DNA of 46,723 bases from the NCBI GenBank assembly GCA_964603965.1, contig CAZRWV010000001.1, forward strand, positions 1 through 46,723. Reading direction: 5' to 3'. This DNA comes from an uncultured Candidatus Saccharibacteria bacterium. GTDB taxonomy: Bacteria > Patescibacteriota > Saccharimonadia > Saccharimonadales > UBA4665. Shown here piece by piece: positions 42,436 to 46,723 of the stretch; positions within the stretch are counted from its first letter, which is position 1; every line of letters begins with the position of its first letter. The notes under the pieces are model-generated. The model worked only from the letters and a program-made list of their open reading frames with translations, ran no database searches and was not told where the DNA came from. A program made the position numbers and the translations under genes.

Positions 42436-43380
42436 ATGAAAAAGAAAACCATAACCTATCTGTTCCCGATTTATAACGAGTCGGGAAACATTGACCTGTT
42501 GCACCACGCCATGCAGGAGGTGTTGGCGGCCAAGAGCGAGAGCTACCAGTTTGAGCTGATCTTTATTAACGACGGCAGCCGCGATGATTCGCTGGCCAAG
42601 CTGTATGCCCTGCAAGCGCGGGATGAGCGGGTGCGGGTGATCAACTTTGCGCGCAACTTTGGCCACCAACTGGCCGTGACCGCCGGGCTGGACTACGCCG
42701 TGGGCGACGCGGTGATCATTATGGATAGCGACATGCAGGATCCGCCGGCCGTGAGTCTGCAGCTGATCGACAAGTGGGAGCAAGGCTTCGACGTGGTATA
42801 TGCTCAGCGCCGGACGCGCAGCGACAGCTGGTTCAAGAAGCTGACCGCCAGCCTATTTTATCGCTTGCTACGGCGCGTGGCCGACGTCGACATCCCGCGC
42901 AACACCGGTGACTTCCGGCTGGTGGACCGCAAGGTGGTCGGGGCGCTCAAGCAGTTCCGCGAGCACAACCGGTTCCTACGCGGCATGGTCAGCTACATTG
43001 GCTTTAAGCAAACCGCTGTGCTGTTCGACCGTGATAAGCGTCACGCCGGTGTTACCGGCTATCCGTTCAAGAAGATGGTGCGGTTTGCTGCCGACGGCAT
43101 CCTCAGCTTTTCGTCGACGCCGCTCAAGCTGATCAGCCGCATCGGTTATACGTTTTCTTTCTTTAGCCTCTTAGGCATTTTGTATGCGCTAGGCATGAAA
43201 ATCCTCTACCCCGATCAGGTAATTTCCGGCTGGACGTTCACGGTAATCGCGATTTTGCTCATCGGCGGTCTGCAAATGGTGATGCTGGGCGTGCTGGGCA
43301 GCTATATCGGGCGGATCTACACCGAGGTACAGGGTCGGCCGCTGTACATCGTGGAATCGGTGCGCGATCATGCTGAGTAG
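42436..43380 (+). CDS. GT2 polyprenyl-phosphate glycosyltransferase (GtrB/ArnC/DPM1-like)
   Basis: YLFPIYNESGNI, FINDGSRDDS, IIMDSDMQDPP (DxD), two C-terminal TM helices. Start taken at MKKKTITY. Confidence 0.85.
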   Translation: MKKKTITYLFPIYNESGNIDLLHHAMQEVLAAKSESYQFELIFINDGSRDDSLAKLYALQARDERVRVINFARNFGHQLAVTAGLDYAVGDAVIIMDSDMQDPPAVSLQLIDKWEQGFDVVYAQRRTRSDSWFKKLTASLFYRLLRRVADVDIPRNTGDFRLVDRKVVGALKQFREHNRFLRGMVSYIGFKQTAVLFDRDKRHAGVTGYPFKKMVRFAADGILSFSSTPLKLISRIGYTFSFFSLLGILYALGMKILYPDQVISGWTFTVIAILLIGGLQMVMLGVLGSYIGRIYTEVQGRPLYIVESVRDHAE

Positions 43381-43783
43381 TTCGATCGCCCACGTCCGGC
43401 GGCTGTTTGACCAGCACACCGGGGTACGGTACGTGTTCGTGGGCGGTTCGTCGTATGCGGTGGAGTTGAGCTCGCTGCTGGCGCTATACCACCTGACCGG
43501 CTCACGTAGCTTAGCGACGGCAGTATCGTTCCTGATCGGCTTCTGCATCGCGTTTGGCCTGCAAAAACTGGTAGCGTTCCGCGAATTCAGCCGCGAGCTC
43601 AAGGCCATCGGCCGCCAAGGGACGCTCTATGCGTTGCTCAACGCCTGGAACTGGGTCTTCACCGTTGCGTTCGTGTCGATCTTGCCTGCGGACAATCTAA
43701 TAGTCACGCGCACCATCGCACTGGTGCTGATGACCTCGTGGAACTTCTTTGTGTACCGGTATGTGATTTTCCGGCAGCGGTAG
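43370..43783 (+). CDS. GtrA-family membrane protein
   Basis: 137 aa with four hydrophobic helices. VRYVFVGGSSYAVELSSLL N-terminus typical of GtrA. Overlaps the GT2 gene's stop. Confidence 0.7.
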   Translation: MLSSSIAHVRRLFDQHTGVRYVFVGGSSYAVELSSLLALYHLTGSRSLATAVSFLIGFCIAFGLQKLVAFREFSRELKAIGRQGTLYALLNAWNWVFTVAFVSILPADNLIVTRTIALVLMTSWNFFVYRYVIFRQR

Positions 43784-43795
43784 CATGGGCCCGAC

Positions 43796-45025
43796 CTAGG
43801 CGTGCTCGCTCTTCACACGAGAGATGCTGAGCAGGTAGTCTTTGTCTTCGGTCAGACTGGTGTGTAGGACGTCGAAGTCATTGCGGTCGAGCTGTTGGAG
43901 TACTTCTGGAACGTTTTGGTGACGCGAGCGCCAAAGCAGGATAGTCTCGTTTTTGTTGAGCGTTACGGCACGCATGCCCTTCTCAAAAGTAAAATCTATG
44001 GTGAGCGCGACTTTAAGCCGTATCTGGATATAGCGTTGGCGCCGCTCTGGGTCGTAGCCAGCCTCGACATCGTAAAATGACTCGTCGATATTCAGAAGAT
44101 CCAAGACCATCTTTGATTTTGCGTCTATTAATGACGTTTTAGTGCCGATGTTAAAGTCAAAGTAGCGGCGGGCCGCTTCGGTGTCGAGCTTACGGTCGAA
44201 AACGAATAAATCATTGCGGTTCATGCTATCGTGTATGGCCCTCAGCGCGCCGTCAGCCGATCGGAAGTTCGAGAACGTGTCGCCTAGGGCAAGTATCACA
44301 TCAATGGTTTTGTCAGCCTGTTCGCTCAGTGCATCTTCCGTCAATATACTAATGAAGCGATCATAGTTAATATCCGCCTGGTAACCCGTAAATGAAACTT
44401 GGCCACCAAACCATGAGTCTATGTTGTGCTGTACCAATTGCAGCATGGCGGGGCTAATGTCCACGGCCATGTAGCGATTCAACTTACCACTTTCCAATAG
44501 GTGTTGCAGTAGGTTTTTAACCGGCAAGGCATTGCCCGGCCCAACATCAATCACGTTTACGTGGTCATAGTTTTTTAGCAGATGGTCGATGTAGTCCTGA
44601 CTGATTCGCAAGTGCGTCATGCTGTTGTAGAGATTGTTTGATGTCTTTTCTGACACCAGACGCTGGGCGTACTCGTCCCAATATGTGGCACCACCATTGA
44701 AGTACCCGTATTGGAATGGTATCTCCCGGTGAATGTCCAGGTTGGACGCAATGTCGAAGATTTGTTGCTGGTTATAACGTTGGTAAAAGTCGGGTTTGGG
44801 ACTAATAACCTTGACGCCACGAGTGTTGCGAAACTTGCGCCGGCTTTCCACTAGCTCTTCGATGAGGGTGATGTTTCTAGTAGTATTCGCTATCCAGGTG
44901 CGATTGTGTGCTTGATGCAGTTGCAGGTCTAATTTGCCGGCTTTGGCTTCCTGAATCCAGTTCGAGACCGTTTTTTCAGATACATGATACGTTTCTGCTA
45001 GTTCATTCTTCTTGAAGTAAAGCAT
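43796..45025 (-). CDS. EgtD-like SAM-dependent methyltransferase (Methyltransf_33-type) with an N-terminal HTH
   Basis: VIDVGPGNALPVKNLL, YMAVDISPAML, LALGDTFSNF. N-terminal ELAETYHVSEKTVSNWIQEAK. The start could be 45025 or 45163. Confidence 0.5.
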   Translation of the reverse strand: MLYFKKNELAETYHVSEKTVSNWIQEAKAGKLDLQLHQAHNRTWIANTTRNITLIEELVESRRKFRNTRGVKVISPKPDFYQRYNQQQIFDIASNLDIHREIPFQYGYFNGGATYWDEYAQRLVSEKTSNNLYNSMTHLRISQDYIDHLLKNYDHVNVIDVGPGNALPVKNLLQHLLESGKLNRYMAVDISPAMLQLVQHNIDSWFGGQVSFTGYQADINYDRFISILTEDALSEQADKTIDVILALGDTFSNFRSADGALRAIHDSMNRNDLFVFDRKLDTEAARRYFDFNIGTKTSLIDAKSKMVLDLLNIDESFYDVEAGYDPERRQRYIQIRLKVALTIDFTFEKGMRAVTLNKNETILLWRSRHQNVPEVLQQLDRNDFDVLHTSLTEDKDYLLSISRVKSEHA

Positions 45026-45204
45026 AAAGGTAAAACTGAAATCCTTAAAAAATGTTCTTGTATGTTTCCATATGTATGAGGTAACATATGGATAGTGATA
45101 CGGAACGTTAAGTAATAAAGTATTACAAACGGTTATCGTATCACCTTTAGAGAAGCTGTTCAAGCTGTGATCCTACAGCAATAACAGAAAGGATAACGAT
45201 AACC

Positions 45205-45525
45205 ATGGTCAAAGGGACATTAGTCAAGCAACCGAAGCGCCGATCTCGCGCCTCGGCTCCGCAGCCCCAAGGCAGTGTTTTTACTCGTTACGTTGGTAAA
45301 CTGGATGTCAAGCCGCGACAGCAGTCCCGCTTGTCGCTTGGTCTCTTTAGCGCCGATAATCCAGCCAAAGGCTTTTGTGTCCACCTGACCCCTGAACCCG
45401 AGGATCCGGAAAGCATTACATCACATATTGCTACCCCGATGGGCCGGATGAGCACCTACGAGCTCACGCTCCAAATTACCAATTACGGCGCAGAGCGAAT
45501 TAGCGCCGAAGTCTGGCAAATGTAA
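45205..45525 (+). CDS. Hypothetical protein
   Basis: AAAGGA RBS region. 106 aa with a basic N-terminus. Confidence 0.4.
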   Translation: MVKGTLVKQPKRRSRASAPQPQGSVFTRYVGKLDVKPRQQSRLSLGLFSADNPAKGFCVHLTPEPEDPESITSHIATPMGRMSTYELTLQITNYGAERISAEVWQM

Positions 45526-45621
45526 CAGGCACCGCAAGGTGTCATTTTTATACCTCAAGCGGCTTTAGCCGGATTTCATGAGCATTTAATAACTGGGCGC
45601 TACACTACCAATGAGGTTAGT

Positions 45622-46723
45622 ATGGCAAACAGTGGTAGCGATCAAACAAACACACGTGCTCTATGGTATGTAGCGGTGCTGAGCGTGCTGATGCTTGGCG
45701 GCCTGCTGTTGTCGTTGCATCTGATTGCGTATACGCGGCGGCCGGTGCTGACATCGCCAGCTAGTCAGACCGACAGTACGACCAATGTGACGCTGCCCGA
45801 TGTCGACGCCTCGTCCATTCAAGAAATTTCTATCTCGAGTGCACAACTGATGCCTATGGTTACGGGCGCAATTACCGGATCCAAGATTGCTCCGCAGACG
45901 ATTACTATGGACAATCTGAACCCTTCGGTGGTGGATTCGCTGCTAAACAATCTGCAGCTGACACTTCCCCGCCTGAATGATCTGGTTGATCTGAACGGGC
46001 TGCTCGCCCAGCTGCAGGCTCTACAAGCCTTGCCGGTATTGAACGGTGAGATCAACCTTGACGACCTGTCGCCGACGCTTGAAACGTTGCTCAACACGAC
46101 CGGCGTTATCTTACCCGGCTCGATTACGAGCACGGAACTGGCGGATGGTGCGGTGCAGACGGCGAATGTAGCGCTGGGGGCAATCACTGGGCCGCTGCTG
46201 GCCGACGGCTCGATTGGTGCCCTGCAACTCGCGGATGGGTCCGTGGGCGTATCGCAGTTGGTTGACGGGTCGATTACGGGTAATAAGATTGCGCCGGGTG
46301 CCATAGGTACGGCGCACATTCTGGCCGCCGCTGTTACTGGTGCGCTGATTGCTGACGGAACTATAGGCACTGATAATATTGCCAGTGGCGCGATTACTGG
46401 GCCACTTTTGGCGGACGGCTCGGTCGGTAGCTCCCAGATAGCCGATGGAGTTATTGGTACGGCTCACATCGCAGATGGTGCCATCACAACTGCGTTGTTA
46501 GGTCCTGGGGCGGTAACAAGCGACCGTCTGGCCGACAATTCGGTTACGCCCGACGCGCTCGCGGCTGGAGCGGTGACGGGCAGCGCTATCGCCGACGACG
46601 CTATTACCGGCGCCAAAATCCTGGCCGGCGCTATCACAAGCGACGACATTGCCAACGGTTCGATTACGGGTATCCTGATCGCGGATGGGGCCATCACGAC
46701 TAACAACATAGCGGCAGATGCGA
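45622..46723 (+). CDS. Membrane-anchored surface protein with tandem decapeptide repeats (partial, runs off the window)
   Basis: Not in the ORF track because it has no stop. GAGG RBS. N-terminal TM helix ALWYVAVLSVLMLGGLLLSL, then at least 17 repeats of G(A/S)(I/V)T(G/T)xx(I/L)A(D/x). Confidence 0.6.
   Translation, partial: MANSGSDQTNTRALWYVAVLSVLMLGGLLLSLHLIAYTRRPVLTSPASQTDSTTNVTLPDVDASSIQEISISSAQLMPMVTGAITGSKIAPQTITMDNLNPSVVDSLLNNLQLTLPRLNDLVDLNGLLAQLQALQALPVLNGEINLDDLSPTLETLLNTTGVILPGSITSTELADGAVQTANVALGAITGPLLADGSIGALQLADGSVGVSQLVDGSITGNKIAPGAIGTAHILAAAVTGALIADGTIGTDNIASGAITGPLLADGSVGSSQIADGVIGTAHIADGAITTALLGPGAVTSDRLADNSVTPDALAAGAVTGSAIADDAITGAKILAGAITSDDIANGSITGILIADGAITTNNIAADA

Noticed and set aside
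45819-46709. - strand track ORFs 45819-46370, 46111-46467 and 46464-46709
   Set aside because: These are antisense artefacts of the + strand decapeptide-repeat gene, which has an RBS, a TM anchor and a coherent repeat.
1-46723. CRISPR array, retron/DGR (reverse transcriptase), toxin-antitoxin pair, recognisable defence system, or alternative genetic code
   Set aside because: I saw no regularly spaced direct repeats, no RT or Cas-like ORF, and no obvious TA pair. Long ORFs are intact under the standard code, and TGA is used as a genuine stop in many ATGA couplings, so recoding is unlikely.

Overview
About 38.7 kb of this 46.7 kb window is an integrated temperate phage, followed by about 8 kb of host DNA. 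The phage is bounded by an identical 55-nt sequence at 1-55 and 38658-38712. The last 45 nt of that sequence read as the anticodon loop to CCA end of a tRNA-Gln(UUG)-like gene. The left copy is cut by the window edge. A tyrosine integrase (36642-37499, -) sits next to the right copy. The early arm (+, 266-10987) has a RecT/YqaJ-exonuclease/SSB-like/NinB-like recombination module, an HNH endonuclease, a compact orphan C5 DNA methyltransferase and many tiny, often Cys-rich, translationally coupled ORFs. The late arm (-, 36346-10968) has podovirus-like order: terS, terL, portal, scaffold, HK97-type capsid, a 1456-aa virion protein with a ParB-like domain, adaptor/nozzle-like proteins, tail fibre and a lysis cassette. 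Three things stand out. (1) Two ORF-free blocks of about 0.63 kb at the left end (788-1413 and 1700-2333) carry statistically improbable long-range helices, so they are candidate large structured RNAs; they flank a small gene that may be an Acb2/Tad1-type nucleotide sponge. (2) A tightly overlapped sugar-activation and glycosyltransferase cassette (23375-26671), plus a small moron island with a CAP-domain protein (21863-23359), is inserted in the middle of the virion module. (3) A 1.15 kb ORF-poor region lies between int and attR, with sigma70-like promoters, a tRNA-like T-arm fragment and repeats. Host genes on the right include a Nudix hydrolase, HAD and 2H phosphoesterases, a GtrA/GtrB/membrane-GT trio, an EgtD-like methyltransferase and a decapeptide-repeat surface protein that runs off the window. 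All functional calls come from motif recognition by eye; no searches were run.
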